From contig OX597814.1 of the NCBI GenBank assembly GCA_951406725.2, positions 175,646,001-175,710,000 of the forward strand: 64,000 nt of DNA. Reading direction: 5' to 3'. A model generated the notes under the pieces. That model saw nothing but the letters and a program-made list of their open reading frames with translations. It searched no databases and was not told where the DNA came from. This DNA comes from Octopus vulgaris (taxonomy: Eukaryota). Each line of letters begins with the position of its first letter. The first letter of the stretch is position 1. The position numbers and the translations under genes are program-made. Below are positions 38,794 to 53,451 of this stretch, piece after piece.

Positions 38794-39454
38794 CAAACCT
38801 GAATGTCTCGTTTAAAGACATTTCAGTCTGCAGTTGCGTACAATCTACCAAACAAGGCTGAATGAACAAGCTGTGTGTGTATTTACGCGCGCGTGTATGT
38901 GTGTGGTTGAGTATCTCGCTAGCTATGTTTTTTAAGAATACCATGCGCGGATCAGTTGCCTCACCTCTTAAGTTATTCCTTGGGTAAAAATGTCTGATAA
39001 TCCACCAATTTTGATGGCCGCATTTAATTACAAAACTACCATTATAAAGTGGTCATAAATAAATGTATATATGGAACCATGAACGATACTTTTTACATAG
39101 ATATACGTTTCTCACTGCAAATATAAAATCGATGAGGATATCAAAGACCTTCGACAGCCAATCTACTAATGCCATCATTTCCTATTCTATCCTTTACCTG
39201 ACATATCTCTTCACTTTGCTCTATCTTCTTTTAATTGATAAGTGAACCTATAAAATCGAAATAATGAATCATCTGATCGATGAACAATGCTTTGATACCG
39301 TAATAATTTTTTTCATAATTTACTCTGTAGGGAGTTTTTCCAATCAGCTTTGATACACGCCATAGGTATGTATGCTTATGTGTATGTATATAAGTATGTA
39401 TGTATGTATGTATGTATGTATGTATGTATGTATGTATGTATGTATGTATGTATG

Positions 39455-39487
<33 letters not shown>

Positions 39488-39526
39488 TAATCAAAATTAA
39501 AATAAAAACATGATGCCAAGGATTCA

Positions 39527-39604
39527 GCGGTACATATGTTTCGGGCCTTTATTAGACGGATTTATAACAATGCATAATGTATGTCTATGGCCTTCTTCAG
39601 CCGC
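39527..39604 (-). ncRNA. Type-I hammerhead ribozyme-like motif within a ~295-bp insert (39484-39777) in (TATG)n
   Basis: Minus strand GCGG-CTGAAGA-aGGCC.TAGAC..GTCTA..GGCCc-GAAAC-atat-GTA-CCGC. Perfect 4-bp GC stem I, palindromic ACATATGT stem III. Confidence 0.78.
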
Positions 39605-39867
39605 GCACCAACTACTTCCACAAGGACATGTATTACATCAAAAATTCTTGGTTGGGGATGCAAATCCTCTCATTCGCGTACGACATAATGCGGCAACAGC
39701 ATAAAAATGAAGCGTCCATCTCGTTCTTCTCTCAATGTAGAATGAGGAAGCTTGGATGTTGAAGTAATGTAAATATGTAATGTATGTATGTATGTATGTA
39801 TGTATGTATGTATGTATGTATGTATGCATGCATGTATATACGCGCGCGCGCGCACACACGCGTGTCA

Positions 39868-39970
39868 ATATTTTGAAATGTTTTAACTGAAGAAGGTCTT
39901 ACGTGATGGATGCATTTCCATATATATATCACACAAGCTGAAACGTATGAATTAAATGATTTCAAAATAT
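39868..39970 (+). ncRNA. Degenerate hammerhead-like motif with 19-bp stem I
   Basis: atattttgaaatgttttaa-CTGAAGA...GAAAC-gtat-GAA-ttaaatgatttcaaaatat. Flanks pair 17/19; the cleavage triplet is mutated to GAA. Confidence 0.6.
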
Positions 39971-40163
39971 CACTATTCAGTTTAATTTCACTACTACCAC
40001 CGATCCGGCTCGATCAGCGTACCCAATCCACACATTTTAACAAAGATTTGGAGTAGTTTGCTATGTTTCAAGCGAATCGAAATGCTGGCACTATGCACTG
40101 CTTCTTAGTATAAGTGCCCCAGCATGGCCACAGCCTTAGGGCTGAAACACATAACAGAATAAC

Positions 40164-40214
<51 letters not shown>

Positions 40215-40238
40215 GTGAGTTCTTGATGTATGTATATG

Positions 40239-40296
<58 letters not shown>

Positions 40297-40680
40297 TATT
40301 TACACACACAGATGACTACGAAAGCTGCGAAGATGGCACAGTAGGAAGTTCAGGTCTAATGATCTTGTTAGCTTGAGATAGACTTTATATAAGGCACACA
40401 CACTTATACACACATTTGTAAATACATGCACACACTCACATATGTATGTATATGACATACAAGTATTTATTTGCATATATTTACAGTAAGAGAAAGAAGT
40501 CAGAGTAGCAAGGGGAATATATTTGGACAAGTATGAATAAGAGTATATTAAAAAGACAAATTCTTGCTTTTTAAAAAAGCTATCTTCGCTTACAAAGTGT
40601 AGATCATTCACTTCGTGGGATTGTGTGTGTGTGTGTGTGTGCATGTGCGTATGTGTGTATTTATGTATGTATATATACAT

Positions 40681-40742
<62 letters not shown>

Positions 40743-40974
40743 AATAAGAGGGGATTAGTAAATCCGAGCTGGTTCTTCAGTAATCTCGAGATTACTGGCC
40801 AGTACAGTGTAGAATAATAGATGGTTTACCTTAAAGAAAATGTCCATACGAATTAAAATTTCATAGCTAGCAAGTTAGACCCAGAGTAAGATATATTAAG
40901 TCAAAGACAGGAATTTATAGTATTGTATTAAATACTTTAGTTACGTTCGTTTCAACATTACATAGAATTAAAAT

Positions 40975-41399
40975 TTTGATTTCAAATTTTGGCACAAGGC
41001 CTGCAATTTGGGGGAAGTGTGTAAATCGATTACTTCGGCCCCTAAAGTTGAACTGGTACTTATTGTGTTGATTCCGAAAAGCACAGTCAACGTCGGTGGA
41101 ATGTGAAAGTAGAACGTAGAGACACAAAGTGTGGCTAAGCATTTTGTCTGGCGCGGTAACGATTCTGCCAGCTCGCCAAATTTAAACATTAATTCCAAAT
41201 TTTGGCACAAGGCCAATAAATTCGAGTGGGGGTGGGGGTAAATCGATTACATCTATCCGAGTGTTCAACTGGTACTCATTTTATCGAGCTAGAAAGGATG
41301 AAAGATAAAGTCGACCACAACGGAATTTGAGAGCAGAACGTAAATACGGCGAAATGGCGCTAAGCCCAGCGTGCTAACAATTCTGCCAGCTGGCAGAAT
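40975..41399 (-). mobile_element. Two tandem SINE family A copies
   Basis: Each has ttttggcacaaggcc..aactggtact..gtc(a/g)ac..ggaat..ttctgccagct. Confidence 0.88.
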
Positions 41400-43118
41400 G
41401 AATTTATAATAAAGGAATGATATGTATAGTATTACAACATTTTCATGTTATACTTTCAAAGCTTTGTCTGAGGAATTGCACATGGTTTATATGTCTAAAT
41501 ATCAAAATTTCATTAATTATGTATATTTTATTAATATTTATAGTCATGTAATGTTTTTTTCTATGTAGTACAATGGAATTAAATGTAATGCCATGGATTT
41601 CTGTTTTCGACTAAATACACATGAATATACACACATATATATATACATACGTACATACATATATACGTACATACATATATACGTACATACATACATACAT
41701 TTTCACCACATACATAAAATACATCCATATATTTACACACAATACATATACCTCATTAGATAAAATGTGTGTATTATACGTGTGTTAAATATTACTATTT
41801 ATGTAATGTGTTTTATATTATAGATATTTATTTGGCGATCGATTTAGTATTGTAATTACTTTCTGTTTTATTGTCTTTTTAGCAATACTGTACCACGATT
41901 AGATTATATATGCACGCCCATTGTCACCCGTATCAATAAATATGCTGCTCTACTTCCACTGACATTCATGTACAGCTGTGTACATGTGTTTATGTAAAGT
42001 TCAAGATGCCAGAGTTCTACACTGAAAATGATTTTACAAATAAATCGCTATGGGAATTTACAAGTAGATGCTATTTTCAAGAATAGGTATAGGGAAGGTA
42101 GAGTTAAAAACGAATAATAGCAAGAGAAAAGGCATTCGCTTAATGACTAACATTACTTTAATAATCTCATCAAATAGGAGAGATAACTCTGTAAACGTTT
42201 TGGTCTTATTAGCCTCCATCAGCATAATATGAACTTCAACGTTCTGGTTGAAATAGCAATAAGAGTCATCAATCCTTTAACTGAAAAATTAAATTCCATA
42301 GCTATTCTAGTAATAATGTTGAATATATTTACCAAAATCTAGAACTGGTATTTTCTACAAGTCACGTTTCCTCAATAAACTTGACATATCTCAACAACAA
42401 CAAAAAATAGTTTTAAACACAATAGATGGATAGACATCGAAATAAAAACCCATCCAACGTACTCATACAATCAAACGCTTAAAGAAACAGAAGTTCAGCA
42501 AAGTTCAACACCATCACTTCTTTAACAAAAAAGTATGAATGCATTAACAGGAAACATCTTGCATTATCCAGATATAAAGGTTTTCCACATGCACACCAAA
42601 TAAACACAAATGAACAATAATATAATACAAGATAAGATGATAATATGAAACTACGGAAGCATCATCCAGCGCAAATAGTACAATATATTGCAGTACATTA
42701 ATTTGTATATACTACAAGTGCAATCTGTAAGTGGAACAGTAAAAATATGCAAGACTTTTCTCAAGCTCCAAATGTGAATTTGTCTGTGTTAACTACATCC
42801 CAAAGATAGGGCTTTGTATCTTTGTTGGAAACCGGCTCCCTCTTCAGTGGAAGATTTATAATAATTAAAAGATTGAAGCAACATACATACATACATACAT
42901 ACATACATACATACATACATACATACATACCTAAGGACATCTACTCTCATTATTCCAGTGGTAAATATCACCTTATAAATCTATTATGGAATGTTATCTG
43001 GAGAGGTGGCAAAGTTACGTAAACATCTTGTTGCATAATTTTATTATTTTGCACGTTACGAATTTGTGTGGCACAACGTATTAACAATAAATTTGCTAGT
43101 GAATCGTTTGTAGTAATA

Positions 43119-43775
43119 TCTCTTTTACTTGTTACAGTCATTTGACTGCGGCAATGCTGGAGCACCGCCTTTAGTCGAGCACATCGACCCTATCACTTAT
43201 TCTTTGTAAGCTTAGTACTTATTCTATCGGTCTCTTTTGCCGAACCGGTAAGTTACGTGGACGTAAACACACCAGCATCGGTTGTCAAGCGATGCTGGGA
43301 GGACAAACACAGACACACAAACACACACACACACACACATACTCATATATATATATATATATATATTGTTTGTTTTTTTGTTTTTGTTTTTCCAGTTTCA
43401 GCTCTTGAGCTGTGGCCATGCTGGGGCACCGCCATTGTGGTGAAAGAGTACAGCAGGGATCACCACCCCCTGCCGGAGCCTCGTAGAGCTTTTAGGTGTT
43501 TTCGCTCAATAAACACACACAACGCCCGGTCTGAGAATCGAAACCGCGATCCTGCGACCGCGAGTCCGCTGCCCTAACCACTAGGCCATTGCGCCATATA
43601 TATATATACATATATACGACGGTCTTCTTTCAGTTTCCGTCTACCAAATCCACTCACAAGGCTTTGGTTGGCCCGAGGCTATAGTAGAAGACACTTGCCC
43701 GACGTGCCACGCAATGGGACTGAACCCGCAACCATGTAGTTCGTAAGCAAGCTACTTACCATACAGCCACTCCTA
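43119..43775 (-). mobile_element. SINE family B, interrupted in its internal microsatellite by a chimeric SINE
   Basis: Tail at 43119-43315 and head/core at 43615-43775 match other B copies. Confidence 0.92.
43367..43595 (-). mobile_element. Chimeric SINE: family C head/body plus family B-type 3' tail with A-rich end
   Basis: Minus strand ggcgcaatggcctagtggttagggcagcgg...tactctttcaccacaat is joined to ggcggtgccccagcatggccacagctc..ctgaaactgg-aaaaacaaaaac. Confidence 0.85.
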
Positions 43776-44659
43776 AGATAATATGAATAGTATCTATTCG
43801 TTTCATTTCTGCATACATGCATACATACATATATACATACATACATACATACATACATACATACATACATACGTACGTACGTACGTACGTTCATACATAC
43901 ATACATACATACATACATACATACATACATACATACATACATACATACACGCACCCACACAAGTACACACATATGTGAGTGCGTGTGCTTGTGTATCTAG
44001 GTCTTATGCCATGTAGAGAATTGAAATCTTCGATGCCCAAAGCCATTCTGTTTCTAGTTGACGTTTTAATGCATCATGAGTTGTGAATATAGTAATTATC
44101 GAAATAGTTGCTAACTAGGGAGTGTTACAGATCCTTACAATGGTGTCTTAATAGTAGTACTTACATACAAATTCTATATACTGAATTTATTTAATGGCAT
44201 AACTGACGCACAAGGCGTATCGGACGCATCACAATTTCAACAGCGAATGTTCAGGAAAAATTCTACTACATTATAGCATGGAATATAGTCTCACTGTGAT
44301 GTATAGAACCAGAGTCACCTTTTGGGCGGTGGGGAAAGCCCAAATATATGTCATCAAATGCAGTACGTAACATAGAGCACCCCGATAAGATGGCCTCCAA
44401 ATTCTGGTTCGCTCTCGTCGAAAAAATAAATCTTGCTACAATTACACCTTGTTTTAAAAATGAAATATATGGAAATTCACGTACCGAATGTAGACCCAGA
44501 TGCACGATGCATTATGTAGAAAAGTAGAAAATGCGAGATATTTTGGCTGGAATACCTTCGATCAGAGGTCTGCTCTGGCAACATTTGTTCATTTGACTGT
44601 TTAGTGTGTTCAACATAGAGGCAGCCTAGCAGCAATGCGAATATTCGATAGGTACTACA

Positions 44660-44940
44660 TGTTTGTTCCTTCTCGAGCCACGCCTGTCTTATAAGAGCCG
44701 GTTTCCCGGTTTCCTTGGCGTATAGGCTCCCCACCTGGACGGGACGTCGGTTCGTCGCAGATGAGCTGCAAGATGCAGGAGGAAAGAGCAAGAGAAAGTT
44801 GTGGCGAAAGAATCAGCAGAAGTTCTGCCGGAGCTGCGCGGAGCTTAAGGGTTTCGCTCATAAACACACACAACGCCTGGTCCGAGATTCGAACCCGCTT
44901 TCCCTCGACCATGTGCCTCCACTAGACCATGTGCCTCCAC
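44660..44940 (-). mobile_element. SINE family C with rearranged head
   Basis: Reverse complement of the 32654-32948 sequence; head contains the tandem gaccatgtgcctccac twice. Confidence 0.9.
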
Positions 44941-45443
44941 AGGTATTACATAACCTTATTTTATTTATATTGCTATTTAATTATATACGCTTGTACTTAT
45001 TTATTGTTCGCATTAATCTGTGTGTGATTCTACACACGCGCATACAAATATTCGCGCGCGCACGCACACACACACACATGCACACGCACACAAATACACA
45101 TATACACATACATGTAGACACACAAATTTGTATTTTTACTCATACGTAGAAACGTAGGAAATTTACAGCAGGATACTCTGTATGTTATCGACTAATACAG
45201 TTCCGCAATACATAAGAGAGTTGGGAAATATTAAGTAACGAATTGTGTCAGACATTTGTATGTCTATGAAACCCAATATATCTATAATCGCAGCCATCTT
45301 TTTGTGTATATGCATGTACGCCTGTTTTTGCATATGTTTTCTTTGAGTATCGTTTAAATTCTTAATTACAAAATTGAAAACGGTCATTAACGAAGAGTGA
45401 CATCTTTTTTTATTTGAATCTAGGGAGTTCCAGGGATTCGTGA

Positions 45444-45474
<31 letters not shown>

Positions 45475-45829
45475 TGTGTGTGTGTGTGTGAGAGCTAATG
45501 ACTTTGAATAAATGTGAGCATGTGGATACTATTACATTCATGTAATGGCTGTGAACATCTCAGTAGTGCACGAGTGTGTTTGACTACTCTTTCTGTATGG
45601 ATGCCATACATGCATAAGCTGATTATGCGCATAAATTCATTTAAGGAAACTCAAATGCAGAATTTTTGGAATATTTTACGAATCATTGCTGTACCAATAA
45701 TTGATTGCAATTTAAGGATGCAGATCAGTTTACTTTGTTCTTTCTTGGAAATCCATACATCTTCACACTTTTATGCGAATCTGTCATTACGAAATCTAGT
45801 ACACGAATGAAAACCTATAACCCGGATAC

Positions 45830-47700
45830 AAAAGATGCAAATACCTCATTATCTCACTGCTAGATTCTCTCTTTTTCCATAATTTTAGATTAGATATTCA
45901 CATCCGTTTGGCAGTTGGCTTACACAGCATTGCCTGATTTTTGTTCTTTTTCTTATAAAACACTATCGAATCTTTTGTGTTTGCTTATGGTTACTGTTTT
46001 CATTTGGATCTTCCGTCAATATTTCTTATTTTTAAAGGTGTGAATACTTTCTTGTCATGATGTGCCTTTCATATAATCGTCTGCGCAATCCACCCTTCAG
46101 AATGTTTTGTCTTGTGGAAGATTGTAACTGGATAACATTTTGCGGTAGTTATTGATGATGTAGATGAGATCGTCCACACTTATATGAAACAATCAATACA
46201 TTCTGCCACAAGGTAAAGTTTGGGAGATATATGTACCTCTTTCATTGCTTAGATATTTACTAGCTGTCTGCAATTCCTTAACAGGGAGAGATATCTATGT
46301 AACACAACTGGAGTGACTACGTTTCTGTTAATGTTTATGTTTTCTTAGAGAATTAGAAACGACTAACAAAGTGAATTCTAACTTGCAGGATATTACCTAT
46401 CTGTGATGTGAATATTTCTCTCCCGAGTATTTACTTAAGGAAATTTGGCCGTTTATCCTTGCTTTAAATAGATTGGTCAGTATGACTGTTGATTTGGAAG
46501 TTACTGTTGGTGGCTGTCTTCCGAGTTTTAATGAGTCTGTGGCTGATCCCTTCAAGTGTCTAGTCTAGTATCACAAATGTTGGTATTATCACTGGAACTA
46601 TAAAGCATTAAAATATATAGTCGTATAAAGTGAGGACAGCTCTGACTTTTACACCCTCCTAAGTTGCTAAAATATTATTTTGTCTGGCTAGACTTACCTA
46701 CAGCATCTACATATTCCATTTTCTCGTTGATTTTGAGGTGCATGTAGGGTTCGTCATTAGAAGGAGGAGGAAAACTGACAGGTTGCTGGTATCCACATTC
46801 CTTACCAAACAAACAATCTTTCCTCGATTGACTATTAAATATGAATATTTATCTTGACCAAATTCCATTCTTATATCACGTGCTGCGATTACTTATGCGT
46901 CTTGGTGCTGTGAATATTACCGGAATACGACTTAAGATCATTGACTAAATAAGGAGTGCTTATAATAAATTTTCTCTCATTCATAAATCTTAACATGTAA
47001 TCTACATTTTTTAACAAGACTGATAAGAGGTTCTCTGTTAACGAGGGCAAGCGGCGTTTTAGACGAGTAGTCCCTCTGGAATGTTCCTGTCTATAATCTA
47101 ATTCCTTCTGTGACAGGTATCTGTGTGCTGTCTATTAGCTGTATGGATCATGTTGTTAATCTTTTACTGATGCCAACTATAACAGATGGTATCGTTGTGG
47201 CGATTCTAGAGACAAGCACTTTCTTATAATCTACTCATTGGGTCAGCAGTCTTCAGCGATGGTAATTTCCTCTCCTCTTAAAGTTACTGTTGATAATGAG
47301 GAGCCTTTCGGCAGAGTCTGAGTCTTTCTTTCAGTCTGTTCATCATTAACTGCGTTTGTTTAGGAGTGAATTTGGAGAAACATATTCAAACAATTAATGT
47401 ACAGTTTATATGTAACATTTAAGCGTTTTATGGGGCTTTAGTTTTTGGTGACGCATTTTTTTGTTTCTTAAGTAATGTACAAATAACTAACCAGTCTGCC
47501 ATATGTGTTCAGTGGTCATTGTTTTTTGAAACAGATCGACGAGAATTTCCCTGCAGAACATGTGCTTTCCATACTAATAGCCAACTCTCAGATCTCTCCC
47601 AAATGATATTCCTGTCATTATTTTTATAAAAATTGTCCAGAGAATTTCAATGTCGATGTCATATGTTTTGGATCAGACATTTGCATAGTATTCATACTGC
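45830..47700 (-). mobile_element. Old, heavily decayed R4/Dong-type LINE RT region
   Basis: Manual minus-strand reading gives decayed RT motifs in the correct order: PI.RLNVTYKLY (~47420), GTFQRDYSS (cf. GIFQGDSLS, ~47075), PYLVNDLKSY (cf. LYMDDLKLY, ~46940) and DIRMEFGQDK (~46860). Boundaries approximate. Confidence 0.65.
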
Positions 47701-47949
47701 AGCTGACTTAACCACACTGCGTAACGGTTATACTGTTTATAGCGATGCTCTAAATTCTGGACACTTTCCAATAGAGTTGTTATTTCTTGACCTTATGCCT
47801 AATTCCTCCTCATTTTTGTCATCTTCGAAGGATAGATTTCACATTTAAATATACTAAAACACGCTTATATTAGCATATAGATATATGAAATACTATATAA
47901 TGTATAACCTTATTTACTTCAGAATATGACAGCTTATAAAACTATTTAG

Positions 47950-49000
47950 TAGGATAACCTTTTGCTTTAATTATTTCATTAATTCTTGACGTGGAAGTGA
48001 GGAGATTCTTTAACTTTTCAGGATTTATGATTCTAAACGATGCCTTGTTAATTGCTGAAATTAATTGCTGAAATTAATAGTGTTCTGATATTTGGCTAGT
48101 AAACCGATTCCAGTCTCTTGATTCGCGAACATAAATGTTCTCTCCGATAAAGGTCAGGGAAGGTTAGAGCCCATTGTTAACGCTTATTTTATGACCCTTT
48201 CAAACATTCACACATGATTTTGCTGTATGACATGGTACACTGTCTTGTTGAATAATAACATCGCCTAAATCATCTGGGAGTATGGAACTGATTCCAAAGA
48301 ACTTCTTTATAGTTCTTAAAAATTCATATTTCGTTTATGATTTCTGTACGATCAACACTTCTGGCAGAATCCCACTTCCTCAGCTGCATTACATGGGCAG
48401 TATATATCATTGTAAAACCAAATGTTTTACCATGTTCATTGTCCTGCTTCTCACATATTTCAATCAATTCTATTCAAAAAGTGACACCTTCGTTTCATCA
48501 CAGTTCATGCCTTATGTTCCCTTGCTCGAAAAGATATTTTCTTTGAAGAACAATCGCGTATGGTATTTTTTCTTAATATTCTTGCTTTAAGTTCTCCATC
48601 AAAGAGTCGTTGTCTTACAAGTTTATCGCTTAAACTGATCTCATTAGCCGCTACAGTGGCTCTATTTCGCTTATTGTTGTTCAGCGATCAGTTAGAGCTA
48701 ATGAAAGATGGGTGAATTATTCTGCTCGCTTTTTGAAACATTTCACCTATTTTTTCATTTTTTCTTTGCGCTTTTCAGTGAAGATGATTGGATTTTGCAG
48801 TACATCTTTTCCCAGTTTTCTTAATATTTGTTGAATAGTATATGTTTCTCCTTGAGTAGTTACTGCCTCTCCTAGTTTGACAATGATTGTCTAACGCGAA
48901 AGTCATGAAGACAAAACATGGAGCAAGTTCAAATACAAATTCTATCAAATGATGCAGTTTTATCTCAAAGATGAATGACAATACATCGTGTCTCAATATT
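47950..49000 (-). mobile_element. Possible pogo/Tigger-like transposase relic
   Basis: MNCDETKV (~48500, cf. N.DET) followed at plausible distance by weak LLF....H and KGVIK-like remnants. No TIRs found. Confidence 0.3.
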
Positions 49001-49381
49001 GCTGAATATCAAATGCAGTACGATCTTATATAAATGCTGATCGGCTATTGAATGTAAAGTGATGGAATATGTAACTTTTACTCCTATATAATAAAGTTGA
49101 ATATAATCTCATCACCACAGATATTGCAGGTGACAATTCTTCAGGATAGATATCCTGAGACGATGAATTTCCAAGCGGCAACACCTGGGGAAAAGGGTAA
49201 CAAATTTTCAGGTGGAGGTGAGATTAAAACACAAAGACATTTCACTACCAGCAACATCAATATCATTATCACTACTAACGCTATTATTATCACTACTATC
49301 ACCGTCATTATCACTACTCTTATTTACAACATCGCTACTTCTATTACTAACTAGATTATTTTTTAAAAGCTATTACATATA

Positions 49382-49736
49382 GGCGTAGGAGTGGCTGTGT
49401 GGTAAGTAGCTTGCTTACGAACCACATGGTTCCGGGTTCAGTCCCGCTGCGTGGCACCTTGGGCAAGTGTCTTCTACTATAGCCTCGGGCCGACCAGAGC
49501 CTTGTGAATGGATTTGGTAGACGGAAACTGAAAGAAGCCCGTCGCCCACCATGCTTCGACAACAAATTTTGGCGTGTTTACGTCCTCATAGTTTCGAGGT
49601 TCGACAAAAGGGTTCAACAAAATAAGAACTAGGCTTAAAAATAAATAATAAATACTTGGGTAGATTCGTTCGACTAAAATTCTTCAAGGCGGTGCCCCAG
49701 CATGGCCAAAGACTTATCGCTGAAACAAGTAAAAGA
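49382..49736 (+). mobile_element. SINE family B
   Basis: ggcgtaggagtggctgtgtggtaag...ggcaccttgggcaagtgtcttc...ggcggtgccccagcatggcc...gaaacaagtaaaaga. Confidence 0.93.
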
Positions 49737-50581
49737 CAGGAGATATTGTGCAAACTAAAACTCCACTCGCGGTGGCAATGTGTTTCGCATTTTAATTTCG
49801 GAGGGAAGTGAAGGGTAGAATAACGAGAGCTAATCTAAATTAGAAGTATTCAAAGACGATGTCGGGTTTTACTTGGATCCTGAAACAAAAACAGATCATT
49901 TTTCAACGATTGCATAAATGCGTGTGAGATACATAGAATATTGCTTTGCAAGAAATGAATGTAATAAATCAAATATGAATGGTACAAAAATTATTGTAAA
50001 AAGAAATATTGCATGGAAAACATTTCCATGGGAAAAACTATTTGCTTGCTGGGATTATACATCTGTAAAATAATCGTTATCATTTGCATAGAAACATTTC
50101 CACAAATTGATCAAAGGTGTATGTCATGTGAATATGTTTGTGTGTGGCAGCGAGTAATATCGTGCATCAGTTATTCTCCACCCGCGTATACAAAGGCAAA
50201 AACACGCATGCATATATATACACACAACTTATTCACGTACACATACATGGATCTGTTAACATACCTACACATGCAGACATAAATGTACGTATATGCGAAT
50301 GTACAGACACGTACACACCTTCCGCCATGTTGTCTCACATATAACGAGTGAATAGCAACAGAATATTAATATGAATAGAGTCAAATTATAGAATAATAAT
50401 TAAAAAATGTTATTGTTATATTTTGGGGGATGGTCATATTTTTTTGCCAATTAACCATACTATTCTATTTTAGTGTTCGTTGTCTGAAATCTTTTGTCAC
50501 ACAACTTGTGACCTCCTTAGCGATTCTCCATCCCATGTGTCTCATCCTGTTCTGTTTATTCTATTCATTTTTTCTGTCTAA

Positions 50582-50790
<209 letters not shown>

Positions 50791-51473
50791 TGAAGAGAAG
50801 ACCAAGTATATAGTAATTGAAAAAAAAAATGACCATTCCCAAATAGAACAATATGTTTCAATAAATGTTTTCACATCAGGAATCTTGCAAAACAAATACA
50901 TAAACGTAATTAAAAATGCTGATGTGATAAAATTGGTTTGAAAAAAAAAACAAAAACAGACATAATTCGAAAAACAAAAAAGTGTTCGACAACACAACGA
51001 GTTGGATGATTACACGTTAAAAAACAAGTGGGGGTGAAAATTTACTCTGAAGGAAGAATTATAGGGAAATATTCATGGGCAAACTGCATGCAGACGCGGG
51101 AATATATGACTGGTAAGACTAAATAAAGCTTACCTTGAATTTTGTTTTAATAGAGCAGCCCAGCGTATAATGTTGAGCCATATCTCATGCAGCACGCTTC
51201 TGGAAAAAAGGTTCAGCATGCGTGGTGCATATACATCACTCACACACACACACACACACGCAAACATGTGCACACACACAAATGCCATATTCCAAAGATA
51301 CTTCCTACAAAATTTATCAATTTTTAGATTTTTTAGGAAATATTTTGCAGAAAAATTTTTGTTTTAGCTTCCGTTCATTTTCACGAATTCGCTTATTTAT
51401 TCGTTCCCACCTTTCCTTTCTCTCTTTTTACTCGCCAAAATTCTTTGTTTCTATAAACCGAGATGCTTCTAGG

Positions 51474-51586
<113 letters not shown>

Positions 51587-51688
51587 TTCTCTCTCTCTTT
51601 CTCTCTCTCTCTATATATATGTGTATGAGTGTATGTGTGTGAGTGAGTGTGTGTGTGTGTGTGAGTGAGTGTTTGTGTGTGTGAGTGA

Positions 51689-51724
<36 letters not shown>

Positions 51725-51994
51725 ACATCAGTATACTTCAACTTTTCCCAACAATATGGATGTTGATTTCGTAAATGTGTGTGGGCAATATTCCATTTTC
51801 CAATTGTCTCCACATTTCCGCTTCTATTCTGCGGAATACACTGAATTTATTGGAGTATTCTAATTAGACATTTCAACCTTCTTTGCAGTGGTAAAGAGTT
51901 ATTTTGAGTATTAATGCATGAAATAGGCTGCAGTCTTCATATATACCACGTCAACAAACAGCTGATATAATAAACATATACGCGAATATATAAA

Positions 51995-52052
<58 letters not shown>

Positions 52053-52377
52053 CATGCATACATATATACATATATATATATATATAATATATAAATATAT
52101 GCTTATATACATACATATATGTACATACGTACACATATATGTATATATACATACATATATGGGTATAGGATATAAAAAAAAAACGTTGAACACAATGAGA
52201 AACGAAAAAAAAAACATAGAAACGGACTTCTATGAAGAAGATTCCCCTTCTTCAGTCGTCCCTGTTTCAACTACTCCACGTTGCGAAGGCAAGGACAAGA
52301 CGCGACTTCGTTGAAACAATCATTCCCGCAAAGCAAATTAAATATAAATTTTGGGATATTTTGCGGAGGGTGAAAGT

Positions 52378-52417
<40 letters not shown>

Positions 52418-52768
52418 TGTTAGAAATAAGAGCTAAACTGGTCTAATGCTTACTGTTAACGCACATGAATGAAAACATGTATATACATGTTATGACTATA
52501 TATACATACGTACAACCGTACATCTGGTGATTGAATGAGACTGAGCGAATGATAACAACAATTATACAGAACTAAGACGCGGTTAGAATGTGAATGAGAT
52601 TGAAAAAAGAAAGATGATGGTATGTGTGAAAAAGACAGAAATATCGTGAAACAAAGAAAAAAGATTGAGATAGAGAGAGATTAAACCAAGTCAGAATGAT
52701 AGAAGGAATGAAAGTGTATAAATGTAACTTCAGTATCTCCAGAGTGATAGCTGAACATGTATGTATAC

Positions 52769-52860
<92 letters not shown>

Positions 52861-53036
52861 GATATCACTAACATTTTGGCAGACACTATTCCATCCTTGA
52901 CATTAAAATGTTTCAGTGTATGAAGTAAATGAATCCTGTGTGCAATTGAAAAATGTTCGATCGATAAAATGCTGAACGAAAGATCTGTATGTATTTATTT
53001 ATTTTTCAAGCACTCTCCCTTTTTGAAAGCAAAGTG

Positions 53037-53067
<31 letters not shown>

Positions 53068-53084
53068 ATGTGTATGTATGTATG

Positions 53085-53118
<34 letters not shown>

Positions 53119-53180
53119 TACACACATATAATATATGTTATGTATATATATATATACACACATATATCAAATACATGTAA

Positions 53181-53239
<59 letters not shown>

Positions 53240-53319
53240 AATATGTGTGTCTGTGTGTATTCATGCATGTATATACACACACATTGACACACACACATAT
53301 ATATATATATGTATGTATG

Positions 53320-53369
<50 letters not shown>

Positions 53370-53410
53370 GATATATATAGTGTTTGTATGCATATATGTA
53401 TATACGAGTA

Positions 53411-53451
<41 letters not shown>

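Noticed and set aside
52236-52295. Permuted hammerhead-like motif on the minus strand
   Set aside because: GAAAC is GCAAC here and the stem I register does not fit; unsupported without a family consensus.
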